NCBI GenBank assembly: GCA_039091335.1
Contig: JAWCME010000002.1
Span: forward strand, 8,735 to 72,734
Reading direction: 5' to 3'
From: Candidatus Aenigmatarchaeota archaeon
GTDB taxonomy: Archaea > Aenigmatarchaeota > Aenigmatarchaeia > CG10238-14 > SCSR01
DNA length: 64,000 bases
Under the pieces are notes generated by a model. The model searched no databases and was not told the origin of the DNA. It saw nothing but the letters and a program-made list of their open reading frames with translations. Below are positions 38,156 to 48,867 of this stretch, piece by piece. The translations under genes were made by a program, and so were the position numbers. Position 1 is the first letter of the stretch. Every line of letters starts with the position of its first letter.

Positions 38156-40141
38156 ATGGACATACTTGGAGAGGGATTAGATAGTCGTTCTTATATACTT
38201 TCAGGAACAAAATCTTTTTTTCACAGATTTTGCAACACAGGATTTAAAAATAAATGGTGTGGTCTTTGGTCTCCGCCCTATAAGTTCTTGGAATATTTTG
38301 CTTTTAAGTTAAATGAACAGTGGTTAAGCCCAGAAAACTGTGTGAGTTTTAGCTATGACGAGGCTTCTTCTTCACATTACTTCAATTTGGGGGATATTAT
38401 AGCAAAAGAATTTTTATTTGTACCAAATAACAAGGGAATGGTTTGTATATTAACGATACAAAACAAATCAGAAGAAAAGAAAAATATAAAGTTGTTTTTA
38501 GAAGTTGCAGTTAATATTAGACGGGCGAATGAAAACTGGCATGAAAGAGTGTATAGTACAAAAGTGATAGAAAAAGGAGTTATGGTGAACTCAGAACTTG
38601 GCTCTTTTTTCTTTGGTAGCATACCCATAGGAAGAATTGAGTTAATAAATTATTATAAAGAGCACTATCCTTCAGGAGAAAGACAAAGATGTTTTATACC
38701 ATGCAATTATTATATAGATCTGGTTGTTGATAAAAAATCTAACGAAGATGTGTTTTTCTTTTTTTCTTGTGGAAAAAATGAGGAGGAAGCCCTGAATGAG
38801 TATAGTAATACAACAAACTTTTTTGCTTCAGAGTATGTGAAAAAAGAGAAAAAATATTTAGAAATATTTTCAAAGTCAAGGCTTGAAACAGGAATAAATT
38901 TTGTGGACCAACTATTCAAATGGAGCATAGTAAGTATAGAAAAGCTTGGTTTTGAGTCCGATTTTGGTTTTGGGTATTTTGCTGGCTATCCTTGGTTTAC
39001 ACAGTTTTGGGGAAGAGACCTTGGATGGATGATTCCTGCTATTGTTGATTATGGAAATTTTGAAGGAGCAAAGGAAAGTTTAGATACGCTCTCGAAATTC
39101 CAACGAAAAGGGTGCATACCAAACATAATTTATATGGATGGAAGAGTAGAATATAACTCAGTAGACTCAACTTTACTTTGGATAATTGCTCTCCGACATT
39201 ACATAAAAAATTCTGGAGATTTAGCGTTTTTGAATGAAAAAATGAAAAATTTGGTAGATGCTTTAAAGTGGTGTGAAAATAGGGAGGAAAACGGTTTTAT
39301 AAAATCGTATCCAAACGAAACTTGGATGGACAGCATTAATAGAGAAGGGAAGCCAATAGAAGTTCAGGCTTTTTGGATATATGCACTTAAATGTGCTGGT
39401 GAGTTGTTTGGTTTAGTTGGCAATTCAGAGTTAAGAAAAAAACTGAAGGAAAAATCTAGAAAGTTAAATTATTTTTTTGAAGAAAATTTTTGGAAGGAGG
39501 AAAAGGGATACTATCTTGATAATTTGAATAACAGCATGGAAACGATAAACCCAATTTTTAGTGTATTTTTTGAAGTATCAAAAAGAGAGAAGAAGATTTT
39601 GAAAAAAATTGAAGAAGACTTTTTCTCCGATTTTGGGATAGCTTGTGTATCAAGAAAAGATAAAATATACGATCCGAGGGGGTATCATACCGGAAGCGCA
39701 TGGGGGTGGATTACTGCATTAACAGCGTGCGTTGAATTTAAAAACGATATAGATAAGGCAATGAAAATTTTAAACATTCTTTTTAACAACTTGAATAAAG
39801 GATGTGTTGGGGCAATAGGAGAAGCATGGAATTCTGAAGATGGAAGCAGTTTGTTGAAAAAAAATGGTTTTGAGGAAGAGGGGGCATGCTTACAAGGATG
39901 GAGTTCGGCCTTAGTTATAAGGTGCATAGACGAATACATGCTTGGAATTAAACCAGATGCAATAACAAATACAATAATTATTTCTCCTTCAATAAAAGAT
40001 GGGATGAGCGTTTTTAGGAGGAAGAGAATAGGAGAAGATTATGTTGATATAATAATTAAAAGGGAAAAAAATATGTTGGATGTAAGTTATAGAAGTACGT
40101 TAGGTAAGGCATACAGGATAATAAAGGTTCCTAATTTATGA
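38156..40141 (+). CDS. glycogen debranching enzyme (amylo-alpha-1,6-glucosidase type)
   Basis: GYPWFTQFWGRD and a C-terminal (alpha/alpha)6-like region. Start moved to ATG 38156 because the track start overlaps the divergent GH57 gene. Confidence 0.85.
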   Translation: MDILGEGLDSRSYILSGTKSFFHRFCNTGFKNKWCGLWSPPYKFLEYFAFKLNEQWLSPENCVSFSYDEASSSHYFNLGDIIAKEFLFVPNNKGMVCILTIQNKSEEKKNIKLFLEVAVNIRRANENWHERVYSTKVIEKGVMVNSELGSFFFGSIPIGRIELINYYKEHYPSGERQRCFIPCNYYIDLVVDKKSNEDVFFFFSCGKNEEEALNEYSNTTNFFASEYVKKEKKYLEIFSKSRLETGINFVDQLFKWSIVSIEKLGFESDFGFGYFAGYPWFTQFWGRDLGWMIPAIVDYGNFEGAKESLDTLSKFQRKGCIPNIIYMDGRVEYNSVDSTLLWIIALRHYIKNSGDLAFLNEKMKNLVDALKWCENREENGFIKSYPNETWMDSINREGKPIEVQAFWIYALKCAGELFGLVGNSELRKKLKEKSRKLNYFFEENFWKEEKGYYLDNLNNSMETINPIFSVFFEVSKREKKILKKIEEDFFSDFGIACVSRKDKIYDPRGYHTGSAWGWITALTACVEFKNDIDKAMKILNILFNNLNKGCVGAIGEAWNSEDGSSLLKKNGFEEEGACLQGWSSALVIRCIDEYMLGIKPDAITNTIIISPSIKDGMSVFRRKRIGEDYVDIIIKREKNMLDVSYRSTLGKAYRIIKVPNL

Positions 40142-40348
40142 TTATTCTAAAAGCTTATACAAAACTCCCTTTTTATCGTTTATTATTTCTATCTTGCCTT
40201 CTCTTCCTAGCCAGCCAAGCGCACCAAAAACATCATTAATTTTTAGTTGTGTTTCCTTGGCTATAGCTGAAACAGTTAATGGTCCCTTTTCTTTCAAAAC
40301 ACCCCAAACCTTACCAGCATTTAATCCAAATACTTCTTCTGGTTTCAT
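40142..40348 (-). CDS. small winged-helix protein (DUF2582-like)
   Basis: 68 aa. GKVWGVLKEKGPLTVSAIAKET...ALGWLGREGKI. Confidence 0.5.
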   Translation of the reverse strand: MKPEEVFGLNAGKVWGVLKEKGPLTVSAIAKETQLKINDVFGALGWLGREGKIEIINDKKGVLYKLLE

Positions 40349-40358
40349 TAATTAGTTT

Positions 40359-41072
40359 TTATAATCCTTTAAAATAAATTTTTCTATGTTTATCTGGGTT
40401 TTCAAGGATGTGTATAAGCTCACTCTTGCTTTTCTTAAAAATTTTTATTGGATTTTCTGATTCCATTCCATCTAAAAATTTAAATTCTCCACCACTATAT
40501 TTTTTGTTTTTAACAAAACTTATTTTGTCTTTTTCTAAATTGTAAATAACATGAAAAGGAAATCCCCTGTTTTTTACCTTGTTATAGTCATGTCCAGCGT
40601 CTTTTGGAACAAAGTTAAATACAAGACAATCCCTTTTATATGATATTATTCTGTGTAAAAAGTTTGGATGGATGAATATTGAATTACCTTCTTTCATATG
40701 TATGAAAAAGGTTTTGTAGTTGGTTATGTCGGATAGTTGGAAAAAGCAGTCGTTCTTAATTACATGGTAGGCTTCTCCTTTGTATTTTTCATGGACATGT
40801 CCATACGTTAAAAATGGTTCCCCAATTTTTGATGTTGACATTATTCCATGACGAAGAAGTGTAAAGTCGCACGAAAGATTTTTTATTTCAAAATGAAATA
40901 CTTGATAGACTTCTACATCTCCTTTGTTTTTTAGAAAATTTATTCCATTAGTAATGTCTAGTATGACCCTGTCTTTGACTAGGGCAGATGCAAACCTTTT
41001 CCAGCATTCTGGTTTTTTTCTGAATGAAACTTCAATCCTGTCATTTAATTCATTCACTTTTAAACCAAACAT
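40359..41072 (-). CDS. pgi: cupin-type glucose-6-phosphate isomerase
   Basis: LTYGHVHEKYKGEAYHV matches the cupin PGI metal motif (TxGHxH...ExY). Confidence 0.65.
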   Translation of the reverse strand: MFGLKVNELNDRIEVSFRKKPECWKRFASALVKDRVILDITNGINFLKNKGDVEVYQVFHFEIKNLSCDFTLLRHGIMSTSKIGEPFLTYGHVHEKYKGEAYHVIKNDCFFQLSDITNYKTFFIHMKEGNSIFIHPNFLHRIISYKRDCLVFNFVPKDAGHDYNKVKNRGFPFHVIYNLEKDKISFVKNKKYSGGEFKFLDGMESENPIKIFKKSKSELIHILENPDKHRKIYFKGL

Positions 41073-41122
41073 ATTTACTAATAGATTTTTAGTTTATTAA
41101 AACCTCTAAGAAAATTAAATTT

Positions 41123-42379
41123 ATGAGAGTTTTTTACGTCCCTTGGCTTCATTTCCATCAACCACTTGTATGGGACAACAGCAAGCTTATAAGCAATGTT
41201 CAAAAAATGATTTTTTCTAAGGATTCAAGAGAAAGATGGGACGGCAAATTAATTTCAAGGGCTTATAAAAATCCTGCAAAATACATTAAACAACTTAGGG
41301 AGGAAGGTCATGATGCAAAGATAATGCTGGATTTTTCCGGCATTTTATTAGAAAGCTTGCATGAACTATCTAAACAAGGGTTTTTTGATAAACTTGAAGT
41401 AAACGGAGAAAAAATTGGGGATATAATAAAAATCTATAAAGAGGTTTTGAAAAAATTTCCAGATTCAATAGAGATTGCAGGAACCCCATATTCTCATTGC
41501 TACTTTCCTTCTACACCAGAAGATGATTGGCGTTTACAAATTGAAGAATGGAAAAAAGTTTTTAAAAAAATTTTTGGAATAAAAGCATTGAAAAGAGTAA
41601 GGGGATTTTGGCTTCCAGAAATGGGTGTTCCTGGATTTGAGGATAAACTTTTAAAGTTGATAAGTTTGATAAAGGAAACTGGGTTCGAGTGGATAATTTT
41701 GCCTTTACAATGCTTGGAAGGATACGAGAAGCTTTCTTTTGAAGGAAAAATCAAAATTGCATGCCAGCCCCATTTACTCAGAGTTAAGGATGAAACCATA
41801 ACAACAATATTTAGAATCCCAACATATTTTATAGACCAACAGGCCGGATGTGCTGTAGAGGAGCTCTATAAAAGATTAATTTTTTTAGGGAATGTTTTTG
41901 AGAAAATAAGCAAAAAACCTGCATTAGTTGTTCCTGCTAGCGACGGAGAAAATGGAAATGTGATGATGAACGAATTTTTCCCAAAAACCTTTTTACCATT
42001 TTTTAAGGAAAAAAAAGATGAAAAAATTTGTTCTCTTTTAGTTTCCGATTTTCTTGATAATTTTTATGAATTGCCACCAAAAAGTGAAATAAAAATTAAG
42101 ACCTTTGGGTCATCTTGGGTTGGTACACACAAGTTCTGGACGGAAGGAATAGAACGTTCAAAATTAATTGAAAGAAATTATAAACTGAGCAAAAATTTTC
42201 ATCTCGTCGAAGAAAAATTGAAAATAAAAGGGAAAAAAGAGTTTGAAAATTTGAAGAAACTACTTCTTATATCAGAAACAAGCTGCTACTTGTACTGGGG
42301 CACAAGTTTTTGGCTTGAGCAGGGGATGAAAACAATGGAATTTCTTGAAAATAAAATTTCAGAGGTGAAAAAACGGTGA
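41123..42379 (+). CDS. GH57-like glycoside hydrolase
   Basis: N-terminal WLHFHQPLVW (HQP motif). Confidence 0.6.
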   Translation: MRVFYVPWLHFHQPLVWDNSKLISNVQKMIFSKDSRERWDGKLISRAYKNPAKYIKQLREEGHDAKIMLDFSGILLESLHELSKQGFFDKLEVNGEKIGDIIKIYKEVLKKFPDSIEIAGTPYSHCYFPSTPEDDWRLQIEEWKKVFKKIFGIKALKRVRGFWLPEMGVPGFEDKLLKLISLIKETGFEWIILPLQCLEGYEKLSFEGKIKIACQPHLLRVKDETITTIFRIPTYFIDQQAGCAVEELYKRLIFLGNVFEKISKKPALVVPASDGENGNVMMNEFFPKTFLPFFKEKKDEKICSLLVSDFLDNFYELPPKSEIKIKTFGSSWVGTHKFWTEGIERSKLIERNYKLSKNFHLVEEKLKIKGKKEFENLKKLLLISETSCYLYWGTSFWLEQGMKTMEFLENKISEVKKR

Positions 42380-43866
42380 ACTTAACTTTTTTTGGAGGGG
42401 TTAATGAAATAGGAGGAAATAAAATTTTAATCGAAGAAAAAGACACTAGAATACTTTTAGACTTTGGAATGAGTTTTAATCTATATAAAAAATACTATGC
42501 TGAATTTTTGCAACCAAGAAAATGTAATGCACTCTTTGATTACATCGAGTTTGGCTTATTGCCAAAAATAGAAGGAATATATCGTGAAGACTACCTTTTA
42601 TATTGTGGTTTGAAGTATCCAAATAAACCCCTTGTAGATGCTTTGTTTCTTTCTCATGCACATTTAGACCATTCTGCTTTTCTTCATTTTTTGAGATTAG
42701 ACATACCCATTTACTGTACAGAAGAAACTTATCTTATTCTTAAAGCTCTAGAAGAAACCTCAGCAAGACCTTTTATGGATTTGGTCAATTTGAAGAAAGA
42801 TTTTTATTTTATCAAAACTCAAAAAGGAAACTATAAAAGATTGGAAGGAGATGATGCAAAAATAGAAAGAGATTTTGTGATAATGAAACCATTTAAAAAA
42901 TATTATGTTGGTGGGATAGAAGTTGAGGCTGTACCCGTTGACCATTCCTTGCCCGGTGCAGTGGGGTTTATGGTTTATACTAATTCTGGAAATGTTGCGT
43001 ATACTGGAGATTTAAGATTTCATGGTAGAAGAAAAGAATTGAGCAGGGAGTTTGTAAAAGTTGCTAAAAAGGCCGACTTAGAACTAATGTTGTGCGAAGG
43101 TACAAGGGTGGATGAGAAAGAGAATGTTACAGAAGAGGATGTAGAAGAAAAATCAAAAAACATCATTTTAGAAACTCATGGCCATGTTGTGGTTAATTAT
43201 CCAATAAGAGATTTAGACAGATTACTAACTTTCTTTGAAGTTGCCAAAGATGTTGATAGAAAACTAGTGGTTAATTTAAAGCAGGCTTTTTTGCTAAAAA
43301 TTTTTGAAAAATTCGGAATTTATCCAAAATTAAAAGAAGTGGTTGTTTATATTCCAAGAAAAGGTTGGGGGTTGCAAAGTGATGAATTTTTTGTTTATCT
43401 TGAAGAGGGGGGTTGGGTGAATGCAAGCAAAACAGGTAAGGATGAAATAATGAAAGATTATGATAAATGGGAGAGAGAATTCTTAGAATTAGAAAATAGA
43501 ATAACTTATAAGGAAATAAGAGACAACCCAAAAGATTACATTTTTAGATGTGATAATTTTGAATTAAAAGAACTAATAGACATAAAACCGAAAAACGGAG
43601 TTTACATAAGGTCTTTAACAGAACCTTTTGATGAAGATATGATAATTGAAGAAAAAAGAGTAAAAAACTGGTTAGAACATTTTAATTTATTGCCAATGCA
43701 TCACATCCATTCTTCTGGGCATCTTAATGGAAAAGAAATAAGTGAAATAATCAATGAAATTATGCCAAGGAAATTAATACCCATTCATACAAAGAATCCT
43801 GGTGGGTTCGAAAGAATTGTAGATAGGGACATTAAGATTGAGTATGCCAAATTAAAATACGAATAA
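42376..43866 (+). CDS. metallo-beta-lactamase/beta-CASP hydrolase (RNase J-like)
   Basis: LSHAHLDH, a VDH motif, CEGTRVD and C-terminal HSSGH. ATGA-type overlap with the upstream gene. Confidence 0.65.
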   Translation: MNLTFFGGVNEIGGNKILIEEKDTRILLDFGMSFNLYKKYYAEFLQPRKCNALFDYIEFGLLPKIEGIYREDYLLYCGLKYPNKPLVDALFLSHAHLDHSAFLHFLRLDIPIYCTEETYLILKALEETSARPFMDLVNLKKDFYFIKTQKGNYKRLEGDDAKIERDFVIMKPFKKYYVGGIEVEAVPVDHSLPGAVGFMVYTNSGNVAYTGDLRFHGRRKELSREFVKVAKKADLELMLCEGTRVDEKENVTEEDVEEKSKNIILETHGHVVVNYPIRDLDRLLTFFEVAKDVDRKLVVNLKQAFLLKIFEKFGIYPKLKEVVVYIPRKGWGLQSDEFFVYLEEGGWVNASKTGKDEIMKDYDKWEREFLELENRITYKEIRDNPKDYIFRCDNFELKELIDIKPKNGVYIRSLTEPFDEDMIIEEKRVKNWLEHFNLLPMHHIHSSGHLNGKEISEIINEIMPRKLIPIHTKNPGGFERIVDRDIKIEYAKLKYE

Positions 43867-44064
43867 TACAGTTTCGTCTTTTTATCAAGACCTTACTTAT
43901 TTTGCTTTTGGGCATTAAAAATCTTAACACAAACTATTTTTTATTGTTTATCATTAATTTTTATATTATTTTTATCTACTAATGTTAAATATTAAAAATC
44001 AAATTTTTTCTAGAGAAAGTAATAATTTTATAAAGAAATTGAGTTAAATTTAAATATTGATATA

Positions 44065-45234
44065 ATGAGGATAGCTATATTTTCCTGGGAGTCTTTACAC
44101 TCGATTTCTGTTGGTGGGTTGGCACTTCATGTTACAGAGCTTGCAGCTGCATTGGAGAGAAAGGGGAACGAAGTTCATGTTTTTACTAGAATAGCACCTA
44201 ATCAAAAGCTCTACGAAGTTATAGATGATGTACATTATCATAGATGTCCTTTCGGTTTTAACTCAGACTTGATACAAGAGATGAATAACATGAGTAGATC
44301 AATGGCACATTTCTTTTTTGAAACAGAAAATGTGGCAGGAAATTTTGACATAATTCATGGCCATGATTGGCATGTAGTAAACGCGTTGGACGAAATTAAA
44401 AAAACTAGGAACAAAAAAATAATTTTTACTCTCCATTCAAACCAATTTGGAAGAGATGGAAATCACTTTCACGACGGGACTGCAAGAACAATAACAAACA
44501 TAGAGTGGTACGGAACATATATTGCTGATAGAATAATAGTTTGTTCTTATGCGATGAAAGAAGAGACAAAGTGGTTACACCGTGTCCCAGAAGAAAAAAT
44601 AAGGGTAATTCCAAACGGAATTTGGGTAAGGGATTTTGATGGTTTTATAGACCCATGGAAGGATGCAAAAGCAAAGTATGGAATTGGTCCCCTAGACCCC
44701 CTAGTTCTTTTTGTCGGAAGGATGACTTACCAGAAGGGTGTAGATTTTCTTTTAGAAGCTATACCAGATGTTTTAAAAGACTATCCACAGGCAAAATTTG
44801 TTTTTGTTGGAGATGGTTATATGAAAAACCAGCTTGAAAATAGGGCAAAAGAATTAAGGATAAGTCATGCAGTAAGGTTTACTGGTTATATTTCAAACGA
44901 GGAAAAAACAAATCTGATGAAAGCAAGCGAATGTATTGTAGTTCCAAGTAGGAATGAACCGTTTGGAATTGTTGTATTAGAGGCATGGGCATGTGGCAAG
45001 CCGGTAATCTCTACTCATGGCACAGGAGCAGGAGAAATTATTTGGCACGAAGTTACAGGACTAAAAGTCTACCAAAACCCTAACTCTATAGCATGGGGGA
45101 TAAAATATATTCTATCAAATCCAGAAAAAGCAAGGTGGATGGGTAGTAATGGTAGATTTGCTGCCGAAAATGTTTTTAATTGGGATAAAGTTGCTGAACA
45201 AACCATAGAAGTTTATAAGGAGGTATTGAGATGA
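44065..45234 (+). CDS. group 1 glycosyltransferase, archaeal glycogen-synthase-like
   Basis: MRIAIFSWESLHSISVGGLALHV N-terminus and EPFGIVVLEA motif. Confidence 0.8.
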   Translation: MRIAIFSWESLHSISVGGLALHVTELAAALERKGNEVHVFTRIAPNQKLYEVIDDVHYHRCPFGFNSDLIQEMNNMSRSMAHFFFETENVAGNFDIIHGHDWHVVNALDEIKKTRNKKIIFTLHSNQFGRDGNHFHDGTARTITNIEWYGTYIADRIIVCSYAMKEETKWLHRVPEEKIRVIPNGIWVRDFDGFIDPWKDAKAKYGIGPLDPLVLFVGRMTYQKGVDFLLEAIPDVLKDYPQAKFVFVGDGYMKNQLENRAKELRISHAVRFTGYISNEEKTNLMKASECIVVPSRNEPFGIVVLEAWACGKPVISTHGTGAGEIIWHEVTGLKVYQNPNSIAWGIKYILSNPEKARWMGSNGRFAAENVFNWDKVAEQTIEVYKEVLR

Positions 45235-45452
45235 AGTGTTGGTTTTGCGAAAAAGAGGCAAGAGGGATATGTATAGCATGCGGAAGAGCGGTTTGTCACG
45301 AGCATGGATATAAGCTGGATGAATTCACACATGCAAAATCGGACACAAGCACAGGGTTTGCAAGCTATTTTAAGGCATTTAATGTGTTGAAATGTAAAGA
45401 TTGCAAGATAGAATGGGAAAGTTGGGAACAAGGAAAGAAGATTTTAAAATGA
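45231..45452 (+). CDS. small Cys-rich zinc-ribbon protein (DUF2180-like)
   Basis: MKCWFCEKEARGICIACGRAVCHEH...CKDC. ATGA overlap with the upstream GT gene. Confidence 0.5.
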   Translation: MKCWFCEKEARGICIACGRAVCHEHGYKLDEFTHAKSDTSTGFASYFKAFNVLKCKDCKIEWESWEQGKKILK

Positions 45453-45479
45453 GCGTCTAGATAAAAAATAAACTTAAAG

Positions 45480-46406
45480 TTAATTTATAAATTTTTTATA
45501 GTATTCTATTGTTTTTTCAATACCCTCTTCCAATTTAACCTTGGCTTCAAAGTTAAGAACCTCTTTTGCTTTTTTAGTATCAGCTAAAGTGTGATAAACA
45601 TAATTTTTAATCGGGTTTTTGATATAACTTGGGGTAATGTTTTTTCCCAATTTTTTATTTAAAATTTCTACAATAGAATTAAAACTCAAATTCTTTCCAG
45701 AACCAACATTTATTATTTCAAAATTTATATCCTTCTCCATTGCAAGCATATTGGCTTTTACCACGTCCTCAATAAATATAAAATCTCTTGATTGCGTACC
45801 ATCGCCATAAATTGTCGGTCTTTTGTTTTTTAACATGCGCCATAGGAATTGAGATATTATGTTTGCAAATCTTCCTTTAAACTCTTCTCCTGGACCATAA
45901 ACACTAAATAACCTTAATATTATACACTCCATTCCATAAAACTTGTTATATAACTCAGCAAACCTTTCTATTGCTATTCTCGTTTCTGTATAAAAATCTG
46001 TTACAATAGGACTCATATCCTCTTTCCATGGAGTTGGTAGTCCATTATATACGCTAGAAGAAGAGCTTAGTATAACTTTGCTCCCATTCTTTCTTGCGAG
46101 CTCAAATAGCGAAATAGAATCTTTTATTGAATTTTGAATTAAATTTTTGTTCTTTACATACATCTGAGATGAAGATGGAATTCCGTAATGGAACATTACA
46201 TCAAAACTTGGTAATTTAAAATTTGAAATTTTCCCAATACTTCCTTTTAAAAAATTAATTTCCATTCCTTCCAAATTTTTTGTTGAGCCCGTATGAAGGT
46301 TGTCTATCACAAAAACTTCATGTCCCATATTAAATAGTTTTCTGACGATGTGTGAGCCTATAAAACCTGCACCACCAGTAACTAAAACCCGCATTATTTT
46401 TACCAT
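45480..46406 (-). CDS. NAD-dependent sugar epimerase/dehydratase
   Basis: VLVTGGAGFIGSH and a YxxxK-type SDR fold. Confidence 0.85.
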   Translation of the reverse strand: MVKIMRVLVTGGAGFIGSHIVRKLFNMGHEVFVIDNLHTGSTKNLEGMEINFLKGSIGKISNFKLPSFDVMFHYGIPSSSQMYVKNKNLIQNSIKDSISLFELARKNGSKVILSSSSSVYNGLPTPWKEDMSPIVTDFYTETRIAIERFAELYNKFYGMECIILRLFSVYGPGEEFKGRFANIISQFLWRMLKNKRPTIYGDGTQSRDFIFIEDVVKANMLAMEKDINFEIINVGSGKNLSFNSIVEILNKKLGKNITPSYIKNPIKNYVYHTLADTKKAKEVLNFEAKVKLEEGIEKTIEYYKKFIN

Positions 46407-47326
46407 TTGTTTTTTAAAAAATTTATTATTTCTTTTTCTTCTGGAAACCTTTTTTTACCAAATTTTGTTGTTGATAAGGCGCCAGCAGCATTTGCAAATT
46501 TTCCACAATCTTTCAAGCTTAAACCAGATAAAAATGCCTTTATGAAGCCCGCATCAAAAATGTCACCTGCACCAGTGGTTTGTATAGCTTTAACTTTAAA
46601 TCCCTTAACAAAAAATATTTCAGAGTCCCTACCAATCATACACCCCATTCTACCAAGTTTTAAAGCAACTATCCCCTTACAATAGTCCAATAGTCTTGAA
46701 ATTATCTCCTTTGGTTCAGAAAGTTTTGTTATTGCTTTTCCCTCTTCATAATCAGGAAAGAAAAAATCTGTTATTCCCAATATTTTTATAACATCTTTTA
46801 CTCTTCCACTTGGCCAGTTCCTTGGATCCCAATTCGGATCTAAGCTAGTTTTCATGTTCTTTTTTCTCGCCTGTTTGAAAATTTCATAAACATCCTTTCT
46901 CAGGCTCTCAAGTAAATTAAACCCACCCATGTGTAAAATTTTTCCTTCTATTTCTTTAAGAGAAAAATCCTTTCTTGATAAATTTGAGTTGCTCCCCCCG
47001 AAAGTTATCATTGCCCTTTTCATATCTTCAAAAGTTAAAGAAATTGTTATTCCCGCTTCTTCACATTCAACCCTCTTTATTTTTGTTTCCACACAAGCTT
47101 TCTTAATTTCTTTGATTAAAAACTCAGAGACGAAATCATATCCCAGGCGTCCTATGAAACGTGTTTTGAGTCCAAGCTTGGAGCAAGCCGAAGCAAAAAT
47201 AGCAGAAGAGCCCCCAAGTTGAACTATCAATTTAGGTATTGTTGTCTGTTTGTCTTTTTCAGGATAATTTTTCAAGGGAAGAGAAATAATATCGAGGTTT
47301 ATATCACCAATCACACTCAAATCCAT
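46400..47326 (-). CDS. PfkB-family carbohydrate kinase
   Basis: C-terminal TTGAGDIFDAGF motif. Confidence 0.8.
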   Translation of the reverse strand: MDLSVIGDINLDIISLPLKNYPEKDKQTTIPKLIVQLGGSSAIFASACSKLGLKTRFIGRLGYDFVSEFLIKEIKKACVETKIKRVECEEAGITISLTFEDMKRAMITFGGSNSNLSRKDFSLKEIEGKILHMGGFNLLESLRKDVYEIFKQARKKNMKTSLDPNWDPRNWPSGRVKDVIKILGITDFFFPDYEEGKAITKLSEPKEIISRLLDYCKGIVALKLGRMGCMIGRDSEIFFVKGFKVKAIQTTGAGDIFDAGFIKAFLSGLSLKDCGKFANAAGALSTTKFGKKRFPEEKEIINFLKNKW

Positions 47327-47363
47327 ATAATTTATTTAGGATATTGAAACTAAATTTAGTTTT

Positions 47364-48866
47364 ATGAATGAAAATTTAAAACCAACTGTCTTGCTTGTTT
47401 CTGCTGAGCTTAAGAGTTTCAAGTCAAGGGCAGGGGGGCTGGGTCCTGCTGTTGAAGAACTTGCTTATGCTTTGAGTAAATTTGGATGTAAAGTAAGTGT
47501 AGTGAGCTTGCTCTACAAGTACAAAAGGAATGAAAGGGATGAAATTGAAGAAATAGATTACACTGACATTCCTTTAGAAGATTTAGCAACTATAAGTTTT
47601 TGGGTAAGTAATGAAAAAGTGAGCGCTAATATCAAGAGAGTTGAAAAAAATGGAGTTACATTCTACTTTTTAGAGAATGAAAGATTTGCAAATCTTTTGT
47701 ACGAAGGAGACGGACTTAAGAGAGCAATTTTCCTGGGAAGAGGGACTTTAGATTTAGTAAAACTTTTGGACGGTATTGAGGTGGTTCACCTAAACGATGC
47801 CCATACAGGCTTAATTCCAGTTTTCTTTAAGGCTGAATATAGATATCATGGTGACCCCAAGCTTAAAAATTTGAAATTTGTCTATACAATCCATAATGCT
47901 GGGAAAGCATACCAACAAATCTTTGATGGTGAAAGATTTTGGGAGTTGGGAATAGGAGAAGAATGGAGGGAAAAAGTAACATGGGAAGGGAAAATCAACT
48001 TAACTTATGCTGCTGTAGTCCTTTCAGATATCTGTAATACAGTTAGTCCAGACTATGCTAACACTTTGCTGAAAAATGGCGAAGGCCTGGCTGAAATTTT
48101 CAGGTCTAAGAAGGTTTTTGGAATTACCAATGGTATAGATGTAGATTACTGGATGATGCCTGAATTCAAAGATGTGAAATCGATAAAGGCCCTGAAAGAA
48201 AAGAAGAAGAAAGCTAAGATTGAATTGCTAAAAGAAGTAGAGAAGATAAAAGGTGATAGGCTTTCTGAAGAAAAACTCACAATAGTAATACCAAGGAGGT
48301 TTGCTGACCAAAAAGGTTTTGAAATTTTCTTAAATCATGTTGATGAAATAGTGAAAGATAGGGAAGAGGGTGGTATAGGAGCCCAAATCATAATTCTTGG
48401 TAGGGCTGCTCTAGGAGACCCAATAGGAAGAAGATGGGTAGAGGTGTGTAAAAAACTTGATGAAGAGTTAGATAATAAATTTGTTTTCATATATGGTTTC
48501 AATGAAGAGCTTGCTAAGAAGATGTACTGGGGAGGGGATTTGATTATTTATCCGTCTCTACCAGAAAAAGAGCCTTGTGGCACAGGATATATGATGGCCA
48601 GTATCAATGGTACATTAACTCTTGGAACTGATACAGGTGGTATGGTTGATAAAATTATAGATTTTAAGAACGGGTTTAAAATTGGGAAGGAAAATTATTC
48701 TTGGGAAGCATTTTTTGAAAAACTGAAAAAAATCTCAGAGTTATTTTATGAAAAAAAAGGAGACTGGAATAAAATTGTCTGGGCCGCTTTCAACACAGAT
48801 GTTGACATAAATAAGGTTGCTAAAGAATACTTAACAAAATTATATTTTCCAGCGCTAAAAAAATAA
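47364..48866 (+). CDS. glgA: glycogen/starch synthase (GT5)
   Basis: KSRAGGLGPAV, TIHNAGKAYQ, VSPDYA and GITNGID motifs. Confidence 0.8.
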   Translation: MNENLKPTVLLVSAELKSFKSRAGGLGPAVEELAYALSKFGCKVSVVSLLYKYKRNERDEIEEIDYTDIPLEDLATISFWVSNEKVSANIKRVEKNGVTFYFLENERFANLLYEGDGLKRAIFLGRGTLDLVKLLDGIEVVHLNDAHTGLIPVFFKAEYRYHGDPKLKNLKFVYTIHNAGKAYQQIFDGERFWELGIGEEWREKVTWEGKINLTYAAVVLSDICNTVSPDYANTLLKNGEGLAEIFRSKKVFGITNGIDVDYWMMPEFKDVKSIKALKEKKKKAKIELLKEVEKIKGDRLSEEKLTIVIPRRFADQKGFEIFLNHVDEIVKDREEGGIGAQIIILGRAALGDPIGRRWVEVCKKLDEELDNKFVFIYGFNEELAKKMYWGGDLIIYPSLPEKEPCGTGYMMASINGTLTLGTDTGGMVDKIIDFKNGFKIGKENYSWEAFFEKLKKISELFYEKKGDWNKIVWAAFNTDVDINKVAKEYLTKLYFPALKK

Positions 48867-48867
48867 T

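Noticed and set aside
43876-43891. A short hairpin, GTCTT-N6-AAGAC, after the RNase J-like gene, considered as a terminator.
   Set aside because: With a 5-bp stem in AT-rich DNA it is not distinguishable from chance. Archaeal termination mostly relies on T-tracts.
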